In this document: positions 8,910 to 19,513 of the stretch, piece by piece
Position numbering within the stretch: position 1 is the first letter of the stretch
Layout: every line of letters starts with the position of its first letter
Assembly (NCBI GenBank): GCA_965372795.1
Contig: CBDVDR010000004.1
Span: 161,449-225,448 of the forward strand
DNA from: an uncultured bacterium
GTDB lineage: Bacteria; Zixibacteria; MSB-5A5; GN15; FEB-12
Direction: 5' to 3'
DNA length: 64,000 bases
Position numbers and translations under genes: made by a program
Notes under the pieces: model-generated
Database searches by the model: none
What the model saw: only the letters and a program-made list of their open reading frames with translations
Told to the model about the DNA's origin: nothing

Positions 8910-10427
8910 ATGAATAACAGTAATGCAAAAATTCTATTCTGCGGAGATTATTTCCCAAGCTGGCAGCCGGAAATTTCATTGCTTAATAGAATCAAATTTA
9001 ATTTCACTGATACTAAATTTTCCTACTCAGAACGAAATAAATATATTGCTAAAGATGATTCGTTAATTAAAATAATTGCCAAGCCTTATATGAACATGAA
9101 CGCCAAATCAATGGCGCATTTTCCATTTGAAAATTTATCAGAACTGTTTCAAACTTCCGACCTTAACTGTCTAAACCTTGAGACTCCCCTGTCTGACGCA
9201 GGCAGCCCGATCCCGGAAAAATCATATAATTTGAAAAGTAGTCCGTTTTTTATTGAAGGACTTTTAACCAACAATATCGGCTTTGTCTGTTTGGCTAACA
9301 ATCATATTCTTGACTATGGTGATGAGAGCCTTCGACAAACCGTTGCCCTGCTGGATGAACACAGCCTTAAACATTCCGGTATTTGTAATAACATCAATAA
9401 CTCACAGCAAGCTGCAATTGTTAACACCAAAGGCATCAAGCTTGGATTACTTTCTTATCTTGATGAAAATATTGTCGACCCCTCACCTGAAGTTTATTAT
9501 TCCAATTTGCCCTACCCTTTCAAATTGGTAAAAGAAAATATTATTAAAGATATTATTGAAACGAAAAAGAATTCCGACCATGTCATTGTAAATCTCCACT
9601 GGGGAACCGAGTGGAGTCACATCGAAACTCAAAACCAGCAAGAACTGGCGAGAAATTTGATTGATGCCGGAGCTACTGCTATAATCGGTCACCATCCTCA
9701 TGTTATTCAGGGCATCGAAGAATACAACAACGGTTTGATTGCTTATAGTCTTGGAAATTTTTATATGTATCTGGGCGGAATTACCGGACAACGAACAAAA
9801 AACAGTTTCATCCTTGAGCTAAATTTATCCAAAGATAAAATCGATTCATATAAAATTCATCCAATAACTCAGAGCCAAACCATCCAGCCGATTCTTGCCG
9901 ATTGCTTTGAGATTACCGATTTAAAAATTTCAGATCAACCGCAACAATGTACGATTGATAAACTAAAACAATTCAAGGTCAGTTTTTTTGATTCAGGTAG
10001 TCAGTCAAACTCTCAATGGGCAAACAAGACAAACCTCGAACGAATACCTTTCAGGGAAAATTGGCAGTCTGAAAATTCTTTTATATCAATCGGTAAAGAG
10101 TTTTGTGGTAGATCACTTAAACAATCATATTTTTGTCATTCCGGCAATAAAACCGGCATTGAAATAATTATTGGCAAACAAGCTATTAAAGAAGAGATAA
10201 ATTTTTTAGTCGGATTCCCGGATTGGTTCGTAAAAACTACCAGACAGGTGAAACTTGAATTTATTTTATTCCATGGTGAAAAAGAGATATATAAAAAGAA
10301 TATTGAAAAAATAGACGGGTATGAAGAAATCAATATTAATCCTGAACTGTTAATTTCAGACCAATCTGATTTAACAATAAAACTAATCGGCGATAAGCCG
10401 GAATTCACCTGTTTATTAGTTATATAA
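8910..10427 (+). CDS. CapA/PGA_cap metallophosphatase-family protein with a C-terminal extra domain
   Basis: CGD, NLETPL, LANNHILDYG, HWG, GHHPHV, YSLGNF motifs. Confidence 0.85.
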   Translation: MNNSNAKILFCGDYFPSWQPEISLLNRIKFNFTDTKFSYSERNKYIAKDDSLIKIIAKPYMNMNAKSMAHFPFENLSELFQTSDLNCLNLETPLSDAGSPIPEKSYNLKSSPFFIEGLLTNNIGFVCLANNHILDYGDESLRQTVALLDEHSLKHSGICNNINNSQQAAIVNTKGIKLGLLSYLDENIVDPSPEVYYSNLPYPFKLVKENIIKDIIETKKNSDHVIVNLHWGTEWSHIETQNQQELARNLIDAGATAIIGHHPHVIQGIEEYNNGLIAYSLGNFYMYLGGITGQRTKNSFILELNLSKDKIDSYKIHPITQSQTIQPILADCFEITDLKISDQPQQCTIDKLKQFKVSFFDSGSQSNSQWANKTNLERIPFRENWQSENSFISIGKEFCGRSLKQSYFCHSGNKTGIEIIIGKQAIKEEINFLVGFPDWFVKTTRQVKLEFILFHGEKEIYKKNIEKIDGYEEININPELLISDQSDLTIKLIGDKPEFTCLLVI

Positions 10428-10436
10428 AAATTAAAA

Positions 10437-11822
10437 ATGAAAAACAGTAATTACCAATTCATATCAACAAACCATATCACCTGGCTGGTGTTGATTCTTT
10501 ATTGTATCATGGTAAGTGCCTCAATCCTGTTGTTTGAACCAATCGTACCAATCCTGATGGTTGTTACGGTGCTTGCCATAATCAATTTAGTCTTACTGTT
10601 CCAATATCCTTCATGGGGATTATTCAGTTATTTATTAATTTTCCTGATGCGACCGGGTGAGCTTTTCCCCGCTTTGGCTCCGCTTCGACTTGAATTAGTA
10701 GTGGGTGCTTTCGCGTTAGTATCGCTTTTCTTTAATCAGAAAAAATATGAAGGCAAAGTCAGAATTAAATATGACAACATCATAATTGCTATGTTGTTCA
10801 TGCTGGTGGCGATGTGTCTCTCGATTTACGGTTCTTTTGAAATGACAAAAACAGTCGACACAGCTATTAAATTTGTAAAGCTGGTTGTGTTTTACTATCT
10901 GATCGTCAGCTTAATTGATGACAAAAAGAAATTTATAACCTTTATGTGGGTATTTATTTTAATAATAACCTATATGTCTTTTGACTCTTTCAGACTTTAC
11001 CTTTCCGGCGGCTTTATCCATAGAATGAATGTTGACCGCCTTCAGGGAACAACATCCGCCGCTGGTGACCCGAACTCGCTGGCAACCACGCTTATTGTAA
11101 CGATTCCATTAATCCTTGCTTTAGCCACCTATCACAAAGAAAAATTAATAAAATTTTGTCTGTATAGCTTAAGCTTATTGATGATTGCCCTTATGGTGAT
11201 AACCGGCTCAAGAACCGGACTGGTTGCTTTCATAGGCATTATTATAGCTGGTTTTATTTACTCGAGGAAAAAATTCCTTTATGGTACCGTGATAATCATG
11301 GTAATGATTGTCGGGTGGGTATCTTTGCCTGATCAGTACCGAGAACGGTATATGCTTTTCTCAGAGATTTCTCAGGATGTTGACCAGGTCTCATCAGGAA
11401 GATGGGAAATTTGGAAAGCCGGTATCAATATGATTCCTGACCGGCCAATCCTGGGAGTCGGCGCCGGTGCCTTTGCCTGGGCTTACGGAAGCGGTCGCTA
11501 TGGTCCGCCCCAGCACATGCAGTCACATAATCTATATATTGAAATATTTGCCACCATGGGTATAATTGGTTTTATAGCCTGTTCGATGTTTTTATTCTTT
11601 TTGATAAAAAAATTGAAAATATTAGAACAAAGTGAGTTTCCCGAGGATAAAAAATGGATTAGTATTTTCAGCAGAAACTTTATTCTATCAATTATTTCAT
11701 TGCTTATTGCGGGATTATTCGGACATAACCTCTTACGATATACCTGGTACATGATCGCTGCTTTGGCTACGGTAATGTATTATATTGCTTTTAAAATCTC
11801 TGAAGAAGAAGTTGTCGAGTAA
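10437..11822 (+). CDS. O-antigen ligase/Wzy-like polymerase
   Basis: Multi-TM; DPN, TGSRTG, R.EIW..G, PILGVG, HNLY motifs. Confidence 0.85.
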   Translation: MKNSNYQFISTNHITWLVLILYCIMVSASILLFEPIVPILMVVTVLAIINLVLLFQYPSWGLFSYLLIFLMRPGELFPALAPLRLELVVGAFALVSLFFNQKKYEGKVRIKYDNIIIAMLFMLVAMCLSIYGSFEMTKTVDTAIKFVKLVVFYYLIVSLIDDKKKFITFMWVFILIITYMSFDSFRLYLSGGFIHRMNVDRLQGTTSAAGDPNSLATTLIVTIPLILALATYHKEKLIKFCLYSLSLLMIALMVITGSRTGLVAFIGIIIAGFIYSRKKFLYGTVIIMVMIVGWVSLPDQYRERYMLFSEISQDVDQVSSGRWEIWKAGINMIPDRPILGVGAGAFAWAYGSGRYGPPQHMQSHNLYIEIFATMGIIGFIACSMFLFFLIKKLKILEQSEFPEDKKWISIFSRNFILSIISLLIAGLFGHNLLRYTWYMIAALATVMYYIAFKISEEEVVE

Positions 11823-13168
11823 TGGATATTTTTGAATACATATCAAGGAATCTAATTATTCCGTTTTATAACCGTCGCCATGGCATCAACAACACTAAAT
11901 TCTATGATGCTCTGCTCACAAGTCAATTTGATTCCGCTGAAAAAATAAAATCAGATCAATGGATCAAATTAAAAGAACTTCTAAATTTCTCCTATAATTC
12001 AAATCTCTTTTATAAAGAGCATTTTGACAAAGCCGGTGTCCAACCCGATGACATTAAAAACTGGGATGATTTTACTAAGATACCGTTGTTGACCAAGGAT
12101 CATCTTAGAAATAACCTTGATATAATGATCTCACAGGGGTTCACTAAAGAAAACCTTACCCATAAACGTACCGGTGGATCTACCGGCGTTCCGGTGCATC
12201 TTTATATGGATCAGAATTCAGTCAGCTTCAAACACGCCGCCGCCCAACGCCATAATAAGTGGGCAAATTATCTGCCGGGCATGAAACGCGCCGCTCTCTG
12301 GGGTGACACTGATAAAAAATACAGTCTGAAAGAAACTATCTATATGAAATTGTATGACCGTACAATTTTCCTGGATACTTTAATGATGGATGATCCCTAC
12401 CTGCTCGATTTTGTGAAACAACTTAGAAAATTTAAACCAAAATCTTTGGTCGGGCATGCTCATTCTTTATTCTTTTTGGCACAATTTTTTAAAGATAAGA
12501 ACATAAATGACATAAAATTTAATGGCATCATCACAACGGCTGAAACATTATCCCATGCCGAACGAAAAGTTATCGAAGAAGTTTTTGGCAATATCGTGTT
12601 CGACCGGTATGGATGTGAGGAGCTTTCCTTGATTGCTTCCGAATGCGAGGCTCATGAAGGCTTACATATAAATTCCGAAGGACTATATGTGGAAGTTATC
12701 GGCGGCAGCGATACCGAACCGGGCGAGTTGGTAATTACTGACCTGACTAACAAAGGGATGCCCTTCATTCGCTATGAGATCGGCGACATGGCTACCATGC
12801 TTGAAAAACCTTGCTCTTGTGGACGAGGTCTCCCCCGTCTTGGTAAAGTCATGGGGCGAACCTCAGATTTCCTTTATACTCCCGAAGGTAAAATGATTTC
12901 CGGTATTTCGATTCTTGATACTTTTGTTATTCATATCAAAGGATTTAAACAAGTCCAGATCATTCAGAACGAAATTGGCAAAATTATATTGAAAATTATA
13001 AAGGATGAAAACTTCGGCGAACACAGTTTACAGGCCCTTAAAGAAACTGTCCCAAAAATCTTTGGACCAAAGATGAAATACCAAATCGAATTTGTCGATA
13101 AAATAACCATGACGGCACGTGGTAAATTCCAGTTTACTATTTGTAATATTGAGAATAAGAGGATATAA
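11822..13168 (+). CDS. Phenylacetate-CoA ligase family (CapK-like) adenylating enzyme
   Basis: TGGSTGVP, DRYGCEE, MPFIRYEIGD, CSCGRGLP..GR motifs. Confidence 0.88.
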   Translation: MDIFEYISRNLIIPFYNRRHGINNTKFYDALLTSQFDSAEKIKSDQWIKLKELLNFSYNSNLFYKEHFDKAGVQPDDIKNWDDFTKIPLLTKDHLRNNLDIMISQGFTKENLTHKRTGGSTGVPVHLYMDQNSVSFKHAAAQRHNKWANYLPGMKRAALWGDTDKKYSLKETIYMKLYDRTIFLDTLMMDDPYLLDFVKQLRKFKPKSLVGHAHSLFFLAQFFKDKNINDIKFNGIITTAETLSHAERKVIEEVFGNIVFDRYGCEELSLIASECEAHEGLHINSEGLYVEVIGGSDTEPGELVITDLTNKGMPFIRYEIGDMATMLEKPCSCGRGLPRLGKVMGRTSDFLYTPEGKMISGISILDTFVIHIKGFKQVQIIQNEIGKIILKIIKDENFGEHSLQALKETVPKIFGPKMKYQIEFVDKITMTARGKFQFTICNIENKRI

Positions 13169-13176
13169 TTATTACT

Positions 13177-14361
13177 ATGGGTTGGGTAGAAATTACAATC
13201 ACAATTTTGTTATTCCCATTATCAGTCGCAGTAGGATATCTGTATTTTATGGCGATAGTCGGGGCTATATTTAAAAAAAAATATTCGCCCTTAACAAAAG
13301 ACTATAATTTCTTAATTCTTATACCGGCCCACAACGAAGAGGAAGTCATTGCCGACACCTTGAAAAGTGTACTAAACCTAAAAACCACCGGCAATGTTGA
13401 CATTGTTGTAATCGCTGATAACTGTACCGACAAAACTGCTGAGATTGTAAAATCGTTCAACATCAACCTGCTGGAAAGATTCGATACTGTCGAAAAAGGA
13501 AAAGGTTATGCCTTAAGATGGGGCATGTCTCAATATGATCTGAATAATTATGATGGAGTTGCCATCATTGATGCCGACACTATTACCGAACCGGATATGC
13601 TAACAGCGATGGCGGAATCTTTTGAAAACGGATATGGAGCCGTGCAATTATACTATGGCTTTGTAGCCTCTCAAAAAACGCATCTTTCATATTTGCAAAG
13701 CATGGCAAGTATCTCAGAAAATATCCTTTTTTATAAAGCCCGATCTATTTTAAAACTGCCGATTCTTCTGCGCGGCTCAGGCATGGCAATCAAATCTGAA
13801 ATACTAATTAAACATCCCTGGGACTCTTTTTCTATTACCGAAGATGTTGACTATGCGGTTAACCTGTTAAAAAAATCTATCAAAATCGACTGCAACACTA
13901 ATAGCTCAGTTTATTCTGCCGCAACCTCTTCCTATAAACAGTCGGCCAGCCAAAAAATCCGCTGGGCAAGTGGGACATTTCAATTGATAAAAGAAAAAGT
14001 ATTCGGATTGATTATTCAAGGCCTTAAAAAAGGCAAACCGGAACTTATCGAACTCGGCTTTTCATTCTTTCTCTTAAGCAAACCGCTTTTGATTTATTTA
14101 ACATCCTTAGTATTGCTGGTATCATTTTTTGCAAATGAAAATTTTCTGCCAATTTTTATAAGCTTGTGCATCTTATTGATCATGTTTCTAATTCTGTATA
14201 ATATCTTAGGTATATTTTATATTAAAAATAAAGCCGCAGCTTTCAAAGCTTTGTTCTTTATCCCGATTTATGGCTTTTGGTTTTTATTCATTCAGATTGT
14301 GGCAATCTTTAAATCCGGCAAATTGGGCTGGGTTCGGACTGAAAGGAATAAAGATAATTAA
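13177..14361 (+). CDS. Glycosyltransferase family 2 (membrane, D-D-D-QxxRW type)
   Basis: IPAHNEE, ADNCTD, GKGYAL, DAD, TED, QKIRW. Confidence 0.92.
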   Translation: MGWVEITITILLFPLSVAVGYLYFMAIVGAIFKKKYSPLTKDYNFLILIPAHNEEEVIADTLKSVLNLKTTGNVDIVVIADNCTDKTAEIVKSFNINLLERFDTVEKGKGYALRWGMSQYDLNNYDGVAIIDADTITEPDMLTAMAESFENGYGAVQLYYGFVASQKTHLSYLQSMASISENILFYKARSILKLPILLRGSGMAIKSEILIKHPWDSFSITEDVDYAVNLLKKSIKIDCNTNSSVYSAATSSYKQSASQKIRWASGTFQLIKEKVFGLIIQGLKKGKPELIELGFSFFLLSKPLLIYLTSLVLLVSFFANENFLPIFISLCILLIMFLILYNILGIFYIKNKAAAFKALFFIPIYGFWFLFIQIVAIFKSGKLGWVRTERNKDN

Positions 14362-14362
14362 G

Positions 14363-15472
14363 ATGAAGATTCTTCACCTGAGAGCCTCAAATTTTTACGG
14401 AGGACCGGAACGACAGATTCATTTCCACGCCAAAAAAGCAAAAGAATCAAACCTCGATATAACTATATGCTCATTCTCAGAAAACGGACAACAACCGGAT
14501 TTTTTAAATGTTATCGCTGCTGACAATTTAAAGACTCATACCTTTAAGGTAAAAAACGCCTACGATTTTACAGCAGTCAAAACTCTAAAAGATTACCTGA
14601 TTAAAAATAACATTGATATTGTTTGTTCCCATGATTACCGTTCGCACCTCATTGCCTATTTATCGCTTAGAAAATTAAATAAAAAATGGGTAACTTTTTC
14701 ACGGGGCTGGACAGCTGAAAATTTTAAAATTAAGCTTTATCATACGATTGAAAAATTCATCGTAAGATTCGCCGATAAAATCGTAGCGGTCTCAGGTGGT
14801 CAAAAAAAACGACTTGAAAAGCTTTTTATAAATCCCGACAAAATCCTCGTTGCCCATAACGCCATTGACCCGGCGGCATTTGATACTTTAGATCCGATAA
14901 ATTTACAATTAAAATATAAATTCCCATCTGATTCAATTGTCGCAATCACAGGCGGGCGATTCAGTCCGGAAAAAGGTCAATTGGTTCTGATTGATGCGGC
15001 TAAAATTGCTCTTGAACAAAACAAATCTCTGCGTTTCATTCTTTTCGGCGATGGACCATTACTTGAAGAAGCCCGACAGCGAATATCAAAATACAATTTG
15101 GATCAATATATAATCACTCCCGGATTTGAAAAAAACTTGATTATGCACCTCAAGGGAGCAACCTGTTTAATAAATCCTTCACTGTCAGAAGGTCTCCCGA
15201 ATATTGTTCTTGAGGCTATGGCGATGAAAATCCCGTCTATCGCTACATCTGTGGGCGGAGTTCCGGAAATGATTACCGATGATTACAACGGTATTTTAGT
15301 TGAGCCTGACAATCCCGCCAAATTAGCCGAGGCAATTTTAAAATTTGCTTCTAACATGGAGAGAAACAATATTCTATCCGAAAACGGTTATAAGACTATT
15401 ATTGAAAAATTTAATTTTGACACTCAATTTAAGACTCTAAGTAACCTTTACAGGCAATTATTGGATGAATAA
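14363..15472 (+). CDS. Glycosyltransferase family 4
   Basis: Start moved to MKILHL; GGPER, GRFSPEKG, EGLPNIVLEAMA. Confidence 0.92.
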   Translation: MKILHLRASNFYGGPERQIHFHAKKAKESNLDITICSFSENGQQPDFLNVIAADNLKTHTFKVKNAYDFTAVKTLKDYLIKNNIDIVCSHDYRSHLIAYLSLRKLNKKWVTFSRGWTAENFKIKLYHTIEKFIVRFADKIVAVSGGQKKRLEKLFINPDKILVAHNAIDPAAFDTLDPINLQLKYKFPSDSIVAITGGRFSPEKGQLVLIDAAKIALEQNKSLRFILFGDGPLLEEARQRISKYNLDQYIITPGFEKNLIMHLKGATCLINPSLSEGLPNIVLEAMAMKIPSIATSVGGVPEMITDDYNGILVEPDNPAKLAEAILKFASNMERNNILSENGYKTIIEKFNFDTQFKTLSNLYRQLLDE

Positions 15473-16607
15473 TAATATTACAAATATCGGTTTTATCATC
15501 GACACCATCAAGACCCCGTCTGCCGGAACTGAAAAACAGTTACTGATGCTTCTGGAAAATTTAGATAGAACCATATTCACACCGCATTTAATTTGTCTCA
15601 AATCATCTGAATGGCTAAAACAATCAACCTTGCCCTATCCGGTGCATATTTTGGAAATGCCTTCCTTAAGATTTTCAGAATTTAGAAATGGTTATCGAAG
15701 TTTCAAACAATATTGCCAAAAAAATAACATTGAACTAATTCAAACTTATTTTAGAGATGGCAATATTTTCGGAACTATCGCCTCTCATTATGCCAAAATT
15801 AAATATTTAATTTCCAGCCGAAGAAATCATGGCGGCGGTCATTGGCATAACTGGAAATGGCTCTTCATTCTAAAACAATTGCGTCGCTGGACAACTCTAT
15901 ATATTTCAAACTCTGAAAATGTAGCCGAATATACCATCAGAGCTGAAAAGGTTTCGCCGGACAAAATTATCACCATCATGAATAGCATTAAATTCGACCG
16001 ATTTCAGAAAATATCGCCAGAGCTACGCACAGAGATTAGAAACGAACTAAAACTAAACGAAGATGAATTATTAATCGGGTTGGTTGCTAACTGGCGGGAA
16101 GTAAAAAATATCCCCCTCTTTCTTCAGGTTGCTGATAAATTAAAAAAGAAATATGCTTCAACAAAATTTATTGTTATAGGTGTTCCTCCTTCTGAGACAG
16201 AACTAAATAACACCTTAAATAAATATAATATAAAAAATCATATCTACTTTATTGGTCCCAAACCTGATATTATTCCCTATCTCTCTGCCTTTGATATTGG
16301 TATTTTGTGTTCTAAAGCTGAAGGACTGTCAAATTCAATTATTGAATATATGGCGGCTGGGATTCCGAGTGTCGTCTCGCGGGTCGGCGGAAATCCGGAA
16401 GCAATAGGACAAAATGCCGGAGGGTTGGTATTTGAAAGTGATTCTATTGAAGATTTTTATGAAAAACTTGAAATTATGATAACTGATTCGAAACTAAGAG
16501 CCCAATTAGGTCTTTCAGCCAAAAAATTTGCAAATGAAAATTTTGAGTATCGAAATATCGTAAAAAAATATGAAGATGTTTTTACAAAGCTACTTAATCA
16601 TAAATAA
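15465..16607 (+). CDS. Glycosyltransferase family 4
   Basis: AGTEKQ, EGLSNSIIEYMAAG, VGGNPE. Confidence 0.92.
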   Translation: MNNNITNIGFIIDTIKTPSAGTEKQLLMLLENLDRTIFTPHLICLKSSEWLKQSTLPYPVHILEMPSLRFSEFRNGYRSFKQYCQKNNIELIQTYFRDGNIFGTIASHYAKIKYLISSRRNHGGGHWHNWKWLFILKQLRRWTTLYISNSENVAEYTIRAEKVSPDKIITIMNSIKFDRFQKISPELRTEIRNELKLNEDELLIGLVANWREVKNIPLFLQVADKLKKKYASTKFIVIGVPPSETELNNTLNKYNIKNHIYFIGPKPDIIPYLSAFDIGILCSKAEGLSNSIIEYMAAGIPSVVSRVGGNPEAIGQNAGGLVFESDSIEDFYEKLEIMITDSKLRAQLGLSAKKFANENFEYRNIVKKYEDVFTKLLNHK

Positions 16608-16624
16608 GTTTTAGAGGTTGCTAT

Positions 16625-17206
16625 ATGCGTGAAACAGTAAAAAAATTAACCCGATATATCGCTGCCATAATTATCTCACCATTTATTTTATTTGCCTGGA
16701 TTGGCAGAGTCTTATTCCGTACGGAAGCGATGTTTACATTTTGTGGTCAACTGATTAGTATGATTCCTGATCCTTTTGGAATCTTTTTCAGAGTCGCTTA
16801 TTATATGTTTACAATTGATCAATGTCCCTATGACGGCCATATCATGTTTGGAGCAATAATCTCAAAGAAAAATACTAAAATAGGTAGAAACTATATTATT
16901 GGAGTCAGATCGATTCTCGGTTTGGTCGAGATTGGTGATAACACAGCTATCGCACACGATGTACATATCATGTCTGGACGAAGACAGCATAATTTTGAAA
17001 ATACAGATAAAAGCATTATTGATGGTGATTCAGTCTTCACCTGTACTCACATTGGGCACAACGTCTTTATCGGAAATGGTTGTATTATTATGGCTGATAT
17101 TGGAGATTACTGTATAATCGGAGCCGGGTCGGTGGTTGTAAATCCAATTCCTCCATACAGTGTTGCTGCTGGAAATCCTGCAAAAGTAATAAAATCCAGA
17201 AAGTAA
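16625..17206 (+). CDS. Hexapeptide-repeat O-acyltransferase
   Basis: Left-handed beta-helix repeats; IIGAGSVV...AGNPAKVI. Confidence 0.88.
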   Translation: MRETVKKLTRYIAAIIISPFILFAWIGRVLFRTEAMFTFCGQLISMIPDPFGIFFRVAYYMFTIDQCPYDGHIMFGAIISKKNTKIGRNYIIGVRSILGLVEIGDNTAIAHDVHIMSGRRQHNFENTDKSIIDGDSVFTCTHIGHNVFIGNGCIIMADIGDYCIIGAGSVVVNPIPPYSVAAGNPAKVIKSRK

Positions 17207-17232
17207 TTTTCTAAAATATCAAAGTGACAATG

Positions 17233-17955
17233 TCACTTTTTCCATCGAAAAAGATCATCTGGTTTAAAATAGGCATGAATAGCAAAAAACAGTAACCCGA
17301 ACGCCATCAACAATTCCCTGACCTCAGTAGCTGCATCATCGGTAAGAATTTCATAATAATACTTTTCAAATAAAAGACTACCCACAAAAAAACCAACGTA
17401 TGCCAACGGCAAGACTGGGATAGAAAATTTCTGAATCAGCTCTCTACCTTTTTCAAAGAGTGAAATGCCCGGCAGTAACATCCCTACAATCAACATAAAT
17501 ATTGACAGTAACCGGTGTGTATTCCACGCTGTTTCACCATCCTGGATTTGTGACAGATTATGAAGGTTAAATTCACCCTGGGAATTTAATTCTTTAATAG
17601 CTTCAGGAGTTTCAAAATGGAAATACCATTGTCCCCAACTGGCTTCCTCACCCATAAAAAGAAACATTAATGCAGCCCATGCGAACATAAAGAAATATTG
17701 AATTTTCCCATCTTGGGATTTTAAAAATTCACTCCGTCGGGCACCAAGAATAAATCCAACACAGGATAATCCCAAAAATATCGCGGTGAGAATTTCAACT
17801 AAACCATCTTCATAACAATTTCTTCCAAGGGTTGACGGACTAACCTCTGCCCATATTATGAAAACAATTATTATCCCCGCAGCAATCAGATTTCCAAAAA
17901 GAAATTGCCTGAGATCAAAACTATTCATTTTAGTGAATTTATCAGTATTCATCAC
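17233..17955 (-). CDS. Conserved hypothetical integral membrane protein
   Basis: About 6 TM helices; EDG.VE, GEEASWGQ, NSQGEFNLHN motifs. Confidence 0.75.
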   Translation of the reverse strand: MMNTDKFTKMNSFDLRQFLFGNLIAAGIIIVFIIWAEVSPSTLGRNCYEDGLVEILTAIFLGLSCVGFILGARRSEFLKSQDGKIQYFFMFAWAALMFLFMGEEASWGQWYFHFETPEAIKELNSQGEFNLHNLSQIQDGETAWNTHRLLSIFMLIVGMLLPGISLFEKGRELIQKFSIPVLPLAYVGFFVGSLLFEKYYYEILTDDAATEVRELLMAFGLLFFAIHAYFKPDDLFRWKK

Positions 17956-18313
17956 TTTCCCTTTATTGTCATATGAATGATATTAACAATAGATTTGTCG
18001 GCATTTCAACACAAGTTTTAAATCATCTTACCCTGTTTGAAATATATACACTGTCCATAAATTTAACACCACATATATCGTTGCAATTCCATGCTTTACA
18101 CAAATTAAAAGCATCTTTTGAACTAATTCAATTATCCGGCTGTTACGCCATTCCAGACTAAAGTTATAACCCTAAGGTATTACCAAAGTTACAACAACGC
18201 TTTTTGATAATATTCGGGCATTAAAGATGCTAAATAAAGTATAAATATATGGAGAAAAGTTTTGAAATTGACGTTATTACTTTATAAGCAGAAAACAACC
18301 TTATAAAGTTAGA

Positions 18314-19498
18314 ATGGTTTTTTATATGAATTTGACAAAATCTAAAATCATTATATCTCTTGCTCTTATATTATTAATAGGAGTAACAGGTGTCAGCTTG
18401 ATAGTGAAGAAAAAAAATTATGACATCTGGCTGTGCGATTATTATTTTAATTCGACCTCAATGCCTGAAACAGATGGTGTGGTTGATATTATATTCTTAT
18501 GTGTAGACCATTGGGAACCCGGTGATAATGAGGAATCTGTTAATCGCTGGATGTCAGGATTCAGATCTTTAGCCGATTTGCATATTGACAGCGATGGCGA
18601 AAAACTTAAACATACCTTTTACTACCCGATAGAACATTTTCGCGGCTATCAAGTTGACAGTCTGGTGCAATTATGCTCAGAAGGCTACGGTGATATTGAA
18701 GTTCATCTTCATCACTTTAATGATTCTTCAGAATCCCTAAGGCAAAAATTTATAACTGGAATAGATTCACTTCAAAGCCACGGTGCGCTTATTTCTGAAA
18801 ACGGAGAAACACATTTTTCGTTTATACATGGAAATTGGGCACTGGATAATTCTCATAAAACAAAAGAAGGTGTTGAAATATGCGGCGTAAATGATGAAAT
18901 CAATATTTTATTGGAACTAGGGTGTTACGCAGATTTTACTTTCCCGTCTCTTCAGGAAACCTCACAGCCTTCATTTATAAATAAAATTTATTATGCGACA
19001 GACGACCCAAATGCACCAAAATCTTACGATACTGGTGAATTGAGCCGTAAAGGACTTGTGACTAACAAAAGTCAATTAATGATTTTCCAGGGACCTCAGG
19101 CAATAAATTGGTCTGATTGGAGATTCAAAACTCATCCAACTATTGATGACGGCAATCTTTACAACGAAATGAAGCCCGATTTTGATCGTTTTGAGCTCTG
19201 GAAAGATGTTGGAATCCATGTCCAGAATGGACCAAGTTGGGTCTTTATTAGACCTTTCACACATGGTTGTGACAGAAGAAGTGAAAGTATTGAGGCTAAT
19301 ATTGGGGAATCAATGGATAAAATGCTTTCTGAAGTTGAGAGAAAGTACAGAGATAATGAAAAATTCCGATTACATTATGTAAGCGCCAGAGAGGCGTATA
19401 ATATAGTTAAAGCGGCTGAAAAAGGTTTAGATGGCAATCCTAATCAGTATCGAGATTTTGTTATCAAACCTTATTTATACTCCGCTAAAGATTTCTAA
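18314..19498 (+). CDS. Membrane-anchored putative polysaccharide deacetylase-like metalloenzyme
   Basis: N-terminal TM; CVDHWEP, EVHLHH, FIHGNWALDNS, GCYADFTFPS, THG. Confidence 0.6.
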   Translation: MVFYMNLTKSKIIISLALILLIGVTGVSLIVKKKNYDIWLCDYYFNSTSMPETDGVVDIIFLCVDHWEPGDNEESVNRWMSGFRSLADLHIDSDGEKLKHTFYYPIEHFRGYQVDSLVQLCSEGYGDIEVHLHHFNDSSESLRQKFITGIDSLQSHGALISENGETHFSFIHGNWALDNSHKTKEGVEICGVNDEINILLELGCYADFTFPSLQETSQPSFINKIYYATDDPNAPKSYDTGELSRKGLVTNKSQLMIFQGPQAINWSDWRFKTHPTIDDGNLYNEMKPDFDRFELWKDVGIHVQNGPSWVFIRPFTHGCDRRSESIEANIGESMDKMLSEVERKYRDNEKFRLHYVSAREAYNIVKAAEKGLDGNPNQYRDFVIKPYLYSAKDF

Positions 19499-19513
19499 TT
19501 CGGAGGTTAAAGA

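Noticed and set aside
8910..10427. Poly-gamma-glutamate capsule operon
   Set aside because: Only a CapA-like gene is present, with no capB/capC; the context is a Wzx/Wzy polysaccharide locus.
18160..18195. aaagtta(t/c)aac direct repeat in a divergent promoter region
   Set aside because: An 11-bp AT-rich pair is too weak to call an operator without comparative data.
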